Source: a bacterium | Lineage (GTDB): Bacteria > Patescibacteriota > JACMRA01 | Direction of reading: 5' to 3' | Length of the DNA stretch: 45,329 nt | Assembly (NCBI GenBank): GCA_043778575.1 | Contig: JAYWFX010000101.1 | Span: forward strand, 1 to 45,329 | Part shown: positions 26,243-34,493 of the stretch, piece by piece | Layout: each line of letters starts with the position of its first letter | How positions within the stretch are numbered: position 1 is the first letter of the stretch | Program-made: the position numbers and the translations under genes | The notes under the pieces: generated by a model | What the model was told of the DNA's origin: nothing | What the model saw: the letters and a program-made list of their open reading frames with translations, nothing else | Database searches by the model: none

Positions 26243-26479
26243 TTACTTTTCTACGTTTTCGGTTTCAGTTAGAACTTTAAAATGTATGTTTTTTGATATA
26301 GGTCTAGTGGATACTATTTTAACAACCTCACCTATTTTAAAAGTGGAAGAATCTAAACAGGCAACAGTGTATCTTTTTTTTGATTTTACTCTTTTGTGAT
26401 ATTTGAGATGCAATTTAGTGGAAAAAACTGTAACTATTAAAGCTTTTGTCATTTTATTTGATGATACGATTCCAGTCAT
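26243..26479 (-). CDS. rpsQ: 30S ribosomal protein S17 (uS17)
   Basis: 78 aa. GIVSSNKMTKALIVTV...KYHKRVKSKKRY.V.....FKIGEVVKIVSTRPISKN. Confidence 0.9.
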   Translation of the reverse strand: MTGIVSSNKMTKALIVTVFSTKLHLKYHKRVKSKKRYTVACLDSSTFKIGEVVKIVSTRPISKNIHFKVLTETENVEK

Positions 26480-26492
26480 TTTTACTATTATC

Positions 26493-27170
26493 TTAATAAG
26501 TGTAATTTTTAAATTTATCTCCAGTATAGATCAGAACTTTTACTCCGACTATACCCGCTTTGGTAAGGCAATGTATATTGTGAGCGTCTATATTTGCATC
26601 AATTGTGTGTCGAGGAATACTTCCATATGGGAAACTTTCGGTTCTAGCAATTTCTGCTCCATTCAACCTCCCACTTAGGATTATCTTTGCTCCAAGAACT
26701 CCTGAGTATCTCATTTTTTCAATATAAGATTTTGCGATTTTCCTATAAGGAGAACCCCTTTTAATTGCGTCTGATATTTCTGATGCTACGACTCTTGAAG
26801 ATGCTGCTGGGTCGCGAAATTCAATTATATCGAGACGGAGGTCTTTGGGTAGCTTATAGACACTCATCAGACAATCTTTGATTCTATTTATGTTGCTCCC
26901 TGATCTACCAATTACAACACCGGGTTTTGTTACATGCATGGCTATTTCAATTTTTCTGAAATACCTTTTAATGACAATTTCTACTAAACCACTAGTGGAA
27001 AGCTCTTTTTCGAGATACATTCTTATTTCTCTGTCTTGTAAAAAGATTTTTGAGTAACTTCTCTTACCAGCAAACCATACTGATTTTTGCATCTGACTAG
27101 GATCAGACGAGTCTATAATGCCGAGCTTTTTTTTAGCTCTGAATAATGCGATTGAAATCTTTTGTCCCAT
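26493..27170 (-). CDS. rpsC: 30S ribosomal protein S3 (uS3)
   Basis: MGQKI...; KH domain PGVVIGRSGSNINRIK; GAKIILSGRLNGAEIARTE. Confidence 0.93.
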   Translation of the reverse strand: MGQKISIALFRAKKKLGIIDSSDPSQMQKSVWFAGKRSYSKIFLQDREIRMYLEKELSTSGLVEIVIKRYFRKIEIAMHVTKPGVVIGRSGSNINRIKDCLMSVYKLPKDLRLDIIEFRDPAASSRVVASEISDAIKRGSPYRKIAKSYIEKMRYSGVLGAKIILSGRLNGAEIARTESFPYGSIPRHTIDANIDAHNIHCLTKAGIVGVKVLIYTGDKFKNYTY

Positions 27171-27197
27171 ATGAATTAATAATAATGTTAAGTTAAA

Positions 27198-27539
27198 TTA
27201 TACTTTATTTGTCAAATGCATCAACTGTACTTTGATTCTGCTATACCTTCTTCTGATTCTAGAACTACCACCACGAGCTCTCGGAACAACGCGATAAAGT
27301 ATCTGAGCTTCTTCTGCTATTATTTGATCAATATTGTACAAACTATACTCTGATGGGGTAAGTTTTAAGTTACTTGCTGCTGATAAAAGTAAATTGTAAA
27401 ACTTTTTTGTTTTCCCCTTGTTCATTGATTTTAATGTATCCAATGCTACACTTAGAGATTTTCCTCTAATCTCATTAATAACTAGTCTAGACTTTCTAGG
27501 ACTATAATTAACGGTTGTTGATGCGGTTGATTTTGTCAT
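27198..27539 (-). CDS. rplV: 50S ribosomal protein L22 (uL22)
   Basis: SPRKSRLVINEIRGKSL..AL..L and PRARGGSSRIRRRYSRIKV. Confidence 0.92.
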   Translation of the reverse strand: MTKSTASTTVNYSPRKSRLVINEIRGKSLSVALDTLKSMNKGKTKKFYNLLLSAASNLKLTPSEYSLYNIDQIIAEEAQILYRVVPRARGGSSRIRRRYSRIKVQLMHLTNKV

Positions 27540-27549
27540 ATAATTCTGA

Positions 27550-28383
27550 TTACTTCTTTGATCTACGCTTTACAATAAACTTGGATGAACTTAGGGACTT
27601 CTTTCTTGTCTTTACACCAATTGCGTGTTTCCCCCATGGTGTCTTTGGGTATTTCATACCAATAGAGTTTCTAGCTTCACCTCCACCGTGAGGATGATCT
27701 ACTGGATTCATTACTTTACCTCTGACGGTTGGCCTAAACCCTAAATGCCTGTTCCTTCCAGCTTTACCAATTCTAACTAGTTCATGGGCTTCGTTTCCAA
27801 CTCTATTTATTACACAAGTACACTGACCAAGAAACTTTCTTAGCTCACCTGAGGGTAGTTTAAGGGTAACCATGTTTCCGTCCTTAGCTGTAACAACGGC
27901 GTAATTTCCTGCTGACCTAACTATTTTACTTCCTTGGTTTGGTCTAAGCTCCACCTGCGATACAAAAGTACCAACTGGTACATCACACAAATAAACTTGG
28001 TTACCGTTTGATATATCCGAATTTTTATTCAATATATCTCCGACCTTAACACCCTGTGTATGAATGATATAGTGTTTTTTACCAGTTCCGAGGTCTGTAA
28101 TTAGACAAACGAAACTTGTTCTTCCTGGATCATACTCAATCGTGTTTACTTTGAGTCCATGAGGAAATACTCTTTTATAATCTACTGTCCTGATTAATTT
28201 TCGTGCACCTCCACCCCTATGTCTAACAGTGATTGATCCTGATGAATTTCTACCTGCACATTGTTTTTTTCTCACTATGAGTTTTTTGTATGGTTTATCT
28301 CCACTCAATATTTTGCTGTAGTCAATTACGGATGTTTTTCGTCGACTAGCTGTGGTTGGCTTGTATACTTTTATCGTGGACAT
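27550..28383 (-). CDS. rplB: 50S ribosomal protein L2 (uL2)
   Basis: 277 aa. KPTTASRR..., GRNSSGSITVRHRGGG, and MNPVDHPHGGGE. Confidence 0.95.
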   Translation of the reverse strand: MSTIKVYKPTTASRRKTSVIDYSKILSGDKPYKKLIVRKKQCAGRNSSGSITVRHRGGGARKLIRTVDYKRVFPHGLKVNTIEYDPGRTSFVCLITDLGTGKKHYIIHTQGVKVGDILNKNSDISNGNQVYLCDVPVGTFVSQVELRPNQGSKIVRSAGNYAVVTAKDGNMVTLKLPSGELRKFLGQCTCVINRVGNEAHELVRIGKAGRNRHLGFRPTVRGKVMNPVDHPHGGGEARNSIGMKYPKTPWGKHAIGVKTRKKSLSSSKFIVKRRSKK

Positions 28384-28398
28384 ATTCTCTAATTTATA

Positions 28399-28668
28399 TT
28401 ATTTAGCTTTTTTACCGCCATGACCTTTAAAAATTGTTGTAGGAGAGAACTCACCAAGTTTATGACCAACCATATCTTCAGTGATAACAATCTCAATAAA
28501 TTTCTTTCCATTGTGAACAGCAAATTTTAATCCTACAAAATCAGGTAAAATTGTACTACTCCTACTCCATGTTTTAATTGCTGATGTTGAAGTAGAAGTT
28601 TTAGCTACTGCAACTTTTTGCATTAACTTAGGGTCGCAAAACGGACCTTTTTTTATTGATCGTGACAT
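28399..28668 (-). CDS. rpsS: 30S ribosomal protein S19 (uS19)
   Basis: [14 protein letters not shown]..., [27 protein letters not shown]..., and [12 protein letters not shown]. Confidence 0.95.
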   Translation of the reverse strand: MSRSIKKGPFCDPKLMQKVAVAKTSTSTSAIKTWSRSSTILPDFVGLKFAVHNGKKFIEIVITEDMVGHKLGEFSPTTIFKGHGGKKAK

Positions 28669-28670
28669 GA

Positions 28671-28976
28671 TTAAGCTAGTTTTTCGTTTAGTCTATTAAT
28701 AACATCTTCATTTATTATTTGTCCAGCCTTTAATCTGATAAAATATTTCTTTGGACGTTTTTGGCTAATTTTTCTTCGGGCTTTTCCTCGTATTTTAATT
28801 TTACTATATTGATTCACTGTATTTATTTTTATTACATCTAAATGTAGACTTTTTAACAGCTTTTCTAGTTCAATTTTATTGCATTCTCCTACAGATTTTT
28901 TGAATGAAATTTGAAAAATACCTGATTGCTGTGTCATGTATGATTTCTCAGTTTGAAGCAGTGTGCATTGTGTCAT
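28671..28976 (-). CDS. rplW: 50S ribosomal protein L23 (uL23)
   Basis: 101 aa. TEKS...F.....NK.E....L..L....V..INTV....K......[12 protein letters not shown] pattern. It sits directly after rplD. Confidence 0.85.
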   Translation of the reverse strand: MTQCTLLQTEKSYMTQQSGIFQISFKKSVGECNKIELEKLLKSLHLDVIKINTVNQYSKIKIRGKARRKISQKRPKKYFIRLKAGQIINEDVINRLNEKLA

Positions 28977-28980
28977 ATTA

Positions 28981-29625
28981 TTATTTCAATTTATTATTAA
29001 TCTTTGCTTCTAACAACTCTTTGGCTTTTGGAGTCATAACGATATGTGCAGCGTTAACTAAGTTCACAATTTTTATGTTTCCAGCATTCATCATCTTTGC
29101 ATCAGTGCTTGAAAAACCTCTGACTTTGCTTTTTTCTTCAGTTGTATACAAAACGATACTTCGCCTTGAAGGTAAACCAGATTTATTAGAAATTGATTGT
29201 AATGAGCTAGTTGCTTCTTTTGTCTTAGGGAAATCGAAATCTTCTTTAAACGAAAATACTAACATTTCATTCAGTCTATCCTTAAGAATTGATTTGAGTG
29301 CGGTTACTCTTGATGAGCGGTTTATATTGCAATGCCAATTTACTGTATTTCTTGGACCAAAGGTTATACCACCACCAACCCATATAGGTGATCGACGGGA
29401 ACCATGTCTTGCCCTACCTGTACCTTTTTGCTTCCATGGTTTTTTACCTCCACCCCGGACTTCAGCTCTAGTTTTTGTATGAGCATTACCAGTTCTAAAA
29501 TTCATCATCTCACTTCTCACTACTTGAAGTAAAAGTTTTGTCTTTATTTCGTACTCATCCAACGATTCAAATCCGCTGATAGTTTTCGAAATTATGTCAT
29601 CTACAATATGTACTTTCAAAGGCAT
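28981..29625 (-). CDS. rplD: 50S ribosomal protein L4 (uL4). The ORF extends to 29712 and would overlap rplC, so Met at 29625 is the likelier start.
   Basis: TKTRAEVRGGGKKPWKQKGTGRARHGSRRSPIWVGGGITFGP. Confidence 0.92.
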   Translation of the reverse strand: MPLKVHIVDDIISKTISGFESLDEYEIKTKLLLQVVRSEMMNFRTGNAHTKTRAEVRGGGKKPWKQKGTGRARHGSRRSPIWVGGGITFGPRNTVNWHCNINRSSRVTALKSILKDRLNEMLVFSFKEDFDFPKTKEATSSLQSISNKSGLPSRRSIVLYTTEEKSKVRGFSSTDAKMMNAGNIKIVNLVNAAHIVMTPKAKELLEAKINNKLK

Positions 29626-29647
29626 TCTTAATAAAATTATGTTAATG

Positions 29648-30259
29648 TTATGAGTTTGTTTTTCTGATTTTAAAGTAGCTACTGTTGCTACCAGGTAATG
29701 ACCCTCTGACAAAAATTAGTGACTGGTCTTTATCAATTGCTACGATCTTAACTTTCCTCAATGTTAAAGTGTTTGTGCCTGTATGACCAGCCATTTTTTT
29801 ACCTATTACTGTCCTTTGTGGCCATCTCGATCCGATCGAACCTGGTGCTCTTTCGTGATCGTGTCCATGTGACTTAGGTTGACCATGAAAGCCATGACGT
29901 TTAACCACTCCAGTAAACCCTCTTCCAATTACCTGACCAGAAATATTTAGTTCGTCTCCCTCAAGAAAATCTACAATATCAAAGTACTTTTTGTTGTCAT
30001 CTACAATGATGTCTCTGAATTCAGATATAAATCTGTAGCCTGTATTTCCTTTAGTGTACTTGGTTATATGACCTAGTAAAGGCTTTGTAACACTTTTCTT
30101 AGTCACTGACCCTATCTGCACTGATTTATATCCATCATTTGCAGTTGTTTTCTTTTGAATTACAAAACTCTTGTTAAACTGGATTGCTGTAACAGGTACG
30201 GCTTTACCATCAATAAAAAGTCTTGTCATTCCTATTTTTTTTGCGTATCCTACAGACAT
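29648..30259 (-). CDS. rplC: 50S ribosomal protein L3 (uL3)
   Basis: GYAKKIGMTRLF...VPVT.I..., FTGVVKRHGFHGQPKSHG, and PGSIGSR. Confidence 0.93.
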   Translation of the reverse strand: MSVGYAKKIGMTRLFIDGKAVPVTAIQFNKSFVIQKKTTANDGYKSVQIGSVTKKSVTKPLLGHITKYTKGNTGYRFISEFRDIIVDDNKKYFDIVDFLEGDELNISGQVIGRGFTGVVKRHGFHGQPKSHGHDHERAPGSIGSRWPQRTVIGKKMAGHTGTNTLTLRKVKIVAIDKDQSLIFVRGSLPGSNSSYFKIRKTNS

Positions 30260-30290
30260 GTTTTCTTATATTTTTTAATAACTTATATAT

Positions 30291-30608
30291 TTATGCCTGA
30301 ACTGTTTCGATACTCAAATCTACACCTGCTGGTAGACTTAAAGTTGAGAGATTATTTACTATTTCGCTGTTTACATCATAAATATCAATCAGTCTTTTAT
30401 GGACTCTTGATTCTATTTTTTCACGTGCTTTTTTGTAGACAAATGTAGATTTAAGTAGTGTAAAAACCTTTTTTTTAGTTTTTAATGGAACTGGTCCTTT
30501 AATTGTGCCACCAGATTTTACTACCACTTGAACAAGCTTTTTTACAGCGTCTTCTAGTATCTTGTTATCGAATGAATACATCTTAACTCTCATTTTGGTT
30601 GAGGACAT
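30291..30608 (-). CDS. rpsJ: 30S ribosomal protein S10 (uS10)
   Basis: 105 aa. RVKMYSFD...L........GGTIKGPVPLKTKKKVFTLLKS.FVYKKAREKIE.R.HKRLIDI. Confidence 0.92.
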   Translation of the reverse strand: MSSTKMRVKMYSFDNKILEDAVKKLVQVVVKSGGTIKGPVPLKTKKKVFTLLKSTFVYKKAREKIESRVHKRLIDIYDVNSEIVNNLSTLSLPAGVDLSIETVQA

Positions 30609-30761
30609 AAATTTGTGTGGGAATTTGTATTATTACAGTTAGACGGTTTAAATTGATTTGACTATGCTTCTTAATTTTTATTAGTATATTTCATGATTTG
30701 TCAAGAACATAAAAACATATTACTGCTACATACGTACATTTAACACCAACGCTTTGATCAC

Positions 30762-32192
30762 ATGTTTCAATTTATCTGGGGTATATTATTGGGGATTATA
30801 CAGACTTTCATAGCAGGAGGGTTTATTATTTTAGGTTTTAAAATTTATGAGTGGTGGGGTGATAGATTTTATACTACAAAAGTAGGAAAGTACGTATCGA
30901 AAAAAAAAGTTATCACTTATGATATAAGCTTACCCATTGGAGCGGATACTAGTATTACTGAGATGGAGGCTTTTTTTAATGAAGCAAGTGTAATTAGTGG
31001 AAACAGATCCTCAAGTGAGATTATGTCTTTGGGTAAATGGTTTTTTCAAATATGTTTTGATATAGTTTCTATTGGTGGGGATGTGAAGATGTATATTTCT
31101 GTGGAGCAAGGCAGAATGCAATTAGTGCAAGCGCTTCTAAAGAAACACTATCCAGACATTATTATGGTTGAAACTGAGTGGCCCTACAAGCAGTGGCCTA
31201 AAGAGTGGTGGGATGAAGATGGTGTTTTTGGCTGGAAAAGTTATCGAGGAAACGAAATCACTCTTACTAAGAGTCAGATACATCCCATTAAGAGCTATAA
31301 AGAATTTTATTCTCATGATGACCGTTTGATGAATGATCCTATAGAGACTCTGTTTTCATATATGAGAGAAATCCCAAAAGATTCTGTTATGATGATACAG
31401 TATAATCTACGACCATGGCCTGCGGCTGAAGCTAAAAAGAAATGGAAGAAAGAGTTAGAAAAGCTACGCGAAGAGTTTACTAATAATGCTGTTGTGGAAA
31501 AAAAAGGCAACACTATCGTGCCTATAACCTCCGAAGAGGAAAAGATATTAGATAATGCTCGAAGAAAGATTCCCAAAGCACATTATAGGTCAAAAATCCG
31601 ATGGTTAGTAATTCATGATAAAAAATCAAAGAGTCTGGATCCAAGTATGGCTGCCAAGGGTATATCGGCATATTTACAGGAGTTTGAAACGGGTCAGCAA
31701 AAACTGGGAGCTCTACGTGAGATGAACACCGATGCAAAGGCTGTAAGCGGCAAGTATGGGGCTTTGGATGGCATCGTCACAAGTAAAATAAATGAGATTT
31801 ACTGGATGACACGGCAAAAAGAATACACAATGAGAAGGATGTACAACGCAATTATTAATCGTGATGGTGGTTTTAGTGGTGGTGATCCTTTGATGAGTTG
31901 TGAGGATTTAGCAGGACTTATTCACTTTCCAATGAAACGAATGTCAATTGCTGAAAAAAATATCAACACTTTGGGGTTTGCTAATAATCGTACTACAGGT
32001 GACCAACTTCAAAATCAACACCAAGGTGGGGTGGTTATTCAGCAGTATCAACCAGCTTATTATATCCAACAAGACGGTACTTTGGCACAGGCGGAAACCA
32101 GTCCTCATCTCGTCAATGGTTTAAATAGCGAATCTGCTAAGAAACTACAAAAAGAAAAAAAATCTCCACCACCTCCAAACTTGCCCATGTAA
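30762..32192 (+). CDS. membrane-anchored hypothetical protein. It possibly matches the N-terminal, non-ATPase module seen fused to HerA/VirB4-like ATPases elsewhere.
   Basis: 476 aa with an N-terminal TM hairpin region (GILLGIIQTFIAGGFIILGF). Motifs ITYDISLPIGADTSITEMEAFF and EDLAGLIHFPMK. No Walker A. Q-rich C-terminal tail ending in PPPPNLPM. Confidence 0.5.
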   Translation: MFQFIWGILLGIIQTFIAGGFIILGFKIYEWWGDRFYTTKVGKYVSKKKVITYDISLPIGADTSITEMEAFFNEASVISGNRSSSEIMSLGKWFFQICFDIVSIGGDVKMYISVEQGRMQLVQALLKKHYPDIIMVETEWPYKQWPKEWWDEDGVFGWKSYRGNEITLTKSQIHPIKSYKEFYSHDDRLMNDPIETLFSYMREIPKDSVMMIQYNLRPWPAAEAKKKWKKELEKLREEFTNNAVVEKKGNTIVPITSEEEKILDNARRKIPKAHYRSKIRWLVIHDKKSKSLDPSMAAKGISAYLQEFETGQQKLGALREMNTDAKAVSGKYGALDGIVTSKINEIYWMTRQKEYTMRRMYNAIINRDGGFSGGDPLMSCEDLAGLIHFPMKRMSIAEKNINTLGFANNRTTGDQLQNQHQGGVVIQQYQPAYYIQQDGTLAQAETSPHLVNGLNSESAKKLQKEKKSPPPPNLPM

Positions 32193-32245
32193 AATTGACA
32201 AAATAAGGCTTTTATTTACAGTGTACAGAATAATATCATGTATTC

Positions 32246-33595
32246 ATGTATAAATCAATTGTCCTAAAAAACGGCTTAACAATAATTAAAATTCTACAAC
32301 CAGCCTCACACACGACTGTTATTGGTTTCTTGGCTTCCTCGGGTTCAGCTAATGAGGAGTTGCAATTCCCACAAGGTATAAGCAATTTGATTAGTAGATT
32401 ATTTTGGAGAGGTACTGACAAGCATCCATCTGTGCAATCATTAAATTTAGCATTGGAGAACTTGGGAGGGGTTTTTACGATAGATGTGACCCAAGAAACA
32501 AGTGAATTTTATATCAAAGTCCCTCACTATCACCAATATAGGGCGATATCACTCTTGACTGAGATAATCCATAGGTCATATTTTGACGCACTCGATATCG
32601 AAAGAGAGAAACTCACCCTGATTGATGAGTTAAAAGAGTCTTCTGATGTATTTTTACCAGTATCTCCAAATCCAATTTTACAAAATCTCTATATAAATTC
32701 AAGTTTAGGTCTACCAATACATGGTACCGTGGAGAGTATAATGCAAATTGATGAAGGTATTGTAAAAAAGTATCTTGACCACCAATATCAACCAAAGAAA
32801 GCCTATATCATAATATCTGGTAATTTTGAAGAAAAAGGTGTTGCTGAGTTATTGGAACAAGAATGGATGTTTTGGAACCCAAGAAATCGCAAGTTTATAG
32901 AGTCTGAAAATCTTGAAAGTCATAATGTTGGTGTATTGCCAAGGCTCACGTACCGACAAAAAGGATCAGCTTTTACCCAGCTTTCTATAGGGTTTGTACT
33001 AGATCGAGGAATTCAATTTATACCCAGCTCTGAACTGCAAGAGGGATCAGACCCACAGGATTCTAAGCATGATTATCTGGCTGAGTTTGCACGAATTTTA
33101 GTGCTAAATACTTTGCTTGGAAGGGGTATGACTAGCAAACTATGGTCGAGATGTGTGGATGAGGAATTATTGTTCGGTCATATACAATCAGATATTTTTC
33201 GATACAATCAAACTGGATTTTTACAAATTAGTGGGCTTACTGACAACATTCAATTTTCGTTTGCTTTGGAGAGTGTTTTCATAGTCCTTGAATCATTAAA
33301 AAAAACTACAGTTTCCATTACCGAATTGTTAAAAGCAAAGGAATACATTAAAGGTGAGCTGGTTAGAGTTCATGAAGACACACTTATTTTTACGAAATGG
33401 TATACAACTAACGTACTTCGATCAGGAATTAATTTTTCCCTTCAAGATTTATTGGAGCGTATTGACAAAGTAGAAGCTCCTACTGTTCGATCTTTGGCTC
33501 TTGATTTGTTCAAGGGTGAGAGACTGGTTATTACTACTATAGGAACAGCTAAAGAAACCAAGGTCGTAGATAAACTAATACAAAAATACTTATGA
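32246..33595 (+). CDS. M16 peptidase family homologue with a degenerate (non-catalytic) zinc motif
   Basis: 449 aa with an M16-like N-terminus. Where HxxEH is expected it reads NLISR (32384-32398), within GISNLISRLFWRGT. Confidence 0.7.
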   Translation: MYKSIVLKNGLTIIKILQPASHTTVIGFLASSGSANEELQFPQGISNLISRLFWRGTDKHPSVQSLNLALENLGGVFTIDVTQETSEFYIKVPHYHQYRAISLLTEIIHRSYFDALDIEREKLTLIDELKESSDVFLPVSPNPILQNLYINSSLGLPIHGTVESIMQIDEGIVKKYLDHQYQPKKAYIIISGNFEEKGVAELLEQEWMFWNPRNRKFIESENLESHNVGVLPRLTYRQKGSAFTQLSIGFVLDRGIQFIPSSELQEGSDPQDSKHDYLAEFARILVLNTLLGRGMTSKLWSRCVDEELLFGHIQSDIFRYNQTGFLQISGLTDNIQFSFALESVFIVLESLKKTTVSITELLKAKEYIKGELVRVHEDTLIFTKWYTTNVLRSGINFSLQDLLERIDKVEAPTVRSLALDLFKGERLVITTIGTAKETKVVDKLIQKYL

Positions 33596-34215
33596 AAAAA
33601 GGACAACGAGATATATCTACAGGTGGTACTTTTCAATTTGGTAAATCTCTAGGAGACACCACACTTCCATATATTGAAAACGAAAAGAGAAATGTAATAG
33701 ATAAATTTAAGTGGCTATCTACTGAGTACATCAAGGCACACACTGACACACTTCGACTCAGCTATTCAATTTTATTAGTAAATATCGAGTATGATAACAA
33801 CACTGGTAACATTATTCGATCTTCGAACGCTTTTGGAGCTAAAGAAGTAATTTTATATGGGCGTAAAAAATTTGATAGACGCTCAGCTGTGGGCAGTGAG
33901 TTTTACAGTAATTTTAAACATGTTCGATTTGTTGAAGAGCTCGAAGTTGTGTTTAAAGATTATGACTGCGTTGTAGGTTTAGACAATGTTTCTACAGCTC
34001 AGCCTCTTGAGGAATTTGTTTGGGATATAAACAAGAATTATCTACTATGTTTTGGTCATGAGGGTAGTGGGTTACCCATAGAAATTTTGGACAGGTGTGA
34101 TGTGACTCTAGAAATCTTTCAGATGGGTACTATTCGCTCACTAAATGTTTCTGTGGCGGCAGGGATTGTGATGCATGATTATTGCATTAAGACAGCAAAA
34201 AAGAGTAAAAAATAA
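33592..34215 (+). CDS. SpoU/TrmH family RNA 2'-O-methyltransferase
   Basis: NTGNIIRSSNAFGAKEVILYG, LCFGHEGSGLP and IRSLNVSVAAGIVMHDY (SPOUT knot motifs). ATGA overlap with the upstream gene. Confidence 0.8.
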   Translation: MKKGQRDISTGGTFQFGKSLGDTTLPYIENEKRNVIDKFKWLSTEYIKAHTDTLRLSYSILLVNIEYDNNTGNIIRSSNAFGAKEVILYGRKKFDRRSAVGSEFYSNFKHVRFVEELEVVFKDYDCVVGLDNVSTAQPLEEFVWDINKNYLLCFGHEGSGLPIEILDRCDVTLEIFQMGTIRSLNVSVAAGIVMHDYCIKTAKKSKK

Positions 34216-34288
34216 TAGGGGCTTGACGGTTTTTTAAAAATAATTTACCTTGGCTAAAACAAAGACTGCACATAGATAAATTAGCAAT

Positions 34289-34363
34289 GCCGATGTAGCT
34301 CAGTGGTAGAGCAGTGGCCTGAAGAGCCTCGTGTCGTCAGTTCAATTCTGACCATCGGCACCA
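34289..34363 (+). tRNA. tRNA-Phe (anticodon GAA), CCA encoded
   Basis: Hand fold: acceptor GCCGATG/CATCGGC, D arm GCTC-AGTGGTA-GAGC, anticodon loop CTGAAGA, T arm GTCAG-TTCAATT-CTGAC, then A plus CCA. One U:U mismatch in the anticodon stem. Confidence 0.9.
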
Positions 34364-34493
34364 TATAGAATCAAATAAACGAAAATTAAAGCTTGTAAAA
34401 TTCTAAAAAATACAAAATACAAAAAAGATACTTCAGATAAATATACAGATAACCTTTCAAACAACAGAACCAATAACATATATACTAACTTGT

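Noticed and set aside
28904-29482. 192-aa plus-strand ORF
   Set aside because: It is fully antisense to rplW and rplD, whose products are unmistakable. It is a shadow ORF typical of AT-rich DNA, with no motif of its own.
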